Made by a program: the position numbers and the translations under genes | In this document: one piece after another, positions 43,321 through 43,654 of the stretch | Numbering within the stretch: the first letter of the stretch is position 1 | Layout of the letters: each line of letters begins with the position of its first letter | Origin: Macrostomum lignano | Lineage: Eukaryota | Length of the DNA stretch: 43,654 nt | Direction of reading: 5' to 3' | Assembly (NCBI GenBank): GCA_002269645.1 | Contig: NIVC01004509.1 | Location: 1 to 43,654 of the forward strand | Notes under the pieces: generated by a model | The model's database searches: none | What the model was told of the DNA's origin: nothing | The model's input: only the letters and a program-made list of their open reading frames with translations

Positions 43321-43654
43321 TTATTCAATGGAAAGAACTACATTGAGTAGACGCATGCTATCGGTATGCAACTGATTCAAGGACCGAGCTCCACTGAGAA
43401 CAAAAGAGCCGCTGTGAAAAAGCAGACATTTACAAAAGTTTAAATTGAAAATTAAAGCAGAAAAGGATTCTGGTTCATATTCGGCGTTTGGGATAATTGA
43501 TTTTAACATTAATAAGGAAAGTGCGGAATGAACTGGAGCTGTCCATGAGCAGTAATAGTTTTAATTCGAACACAAATTGTTGATGAGGCAGCAGTTGAGC
43601 CGGCACCTCCGATGCAGCATAGCACGAAGCGACGGGCAGCCCTTTTGGCGTCTG
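43321..43654 (-). CDS. TATA-box-binding-protein-like gene (5' truncated by the window; 1-bp frameshift near 43520)
   Basis: AEYEPESFSALIF...CLLFHSGSFVLSGARS matches TBP repeat 2 (YEPELFPGLIY...LLIFVSGKVVLTGAK). The adjacent upstream frame reads DAKRAARRF...VRIKTITAHGQLQF, matching the end of repeat 1 and start of repeat 2 (AARKY...KIQNMVGS). Confidence 0.8.

Larger units (their letters stand above)
35359..43654 (+). mobile_element. Polinton/Maverick-like element (left part; continues beyond the window)
   Basis: Begins AGTAGTAG at 35359, matching the AG/AGT microsatellite termini established for Polintons. Followed by subterminal repeats, a Polinton-type protein-primed PolB and accessory ORFs. 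Integrase, capsid genes and the right TIR are not in the window. Confidence 0.8.

Overview
Eukaryotic (animal, probably invertebrate) genomic DNA rich in minisatellites. The style resembles a flatworm such as Macrostomum, but that is inference only. From left to right: a 2.7-kb GC-rich satellite; two tandem + strand genes with N-terminal ankyrin repeats and a TRPM-like 6TM channel, each one giant exon plus a small last exon at a shared intron position; a tRNA-derived SINE with a 14-bp TSD; two nested palindromic MITEs; a complete 9-exon LRRC45 gene (- strand, 689 aa) with tandem arrays filling six consecutive introns; a divergently transcribed secreted fibrinogen-domain gene with a duplicated, unrecognised N-terminal domain; and from about 35359 to the window end, the left part of a Polinton/Maverick-like element. 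That element has an AGTAGTAG terminus, a hairpin-bearing 47-bp array, a Cys-rich/repeat ORF, a probably spliced protein-primed PolB with an endonuclease VII-like insert, and a convergent TATA-binding-protein-like gene. The TBP-like gene and the spliced, repeat-laden polymerase N-terminus are the most interesting signals. Several single-base indels in the last 11 kb may be assembly errors or real decay.
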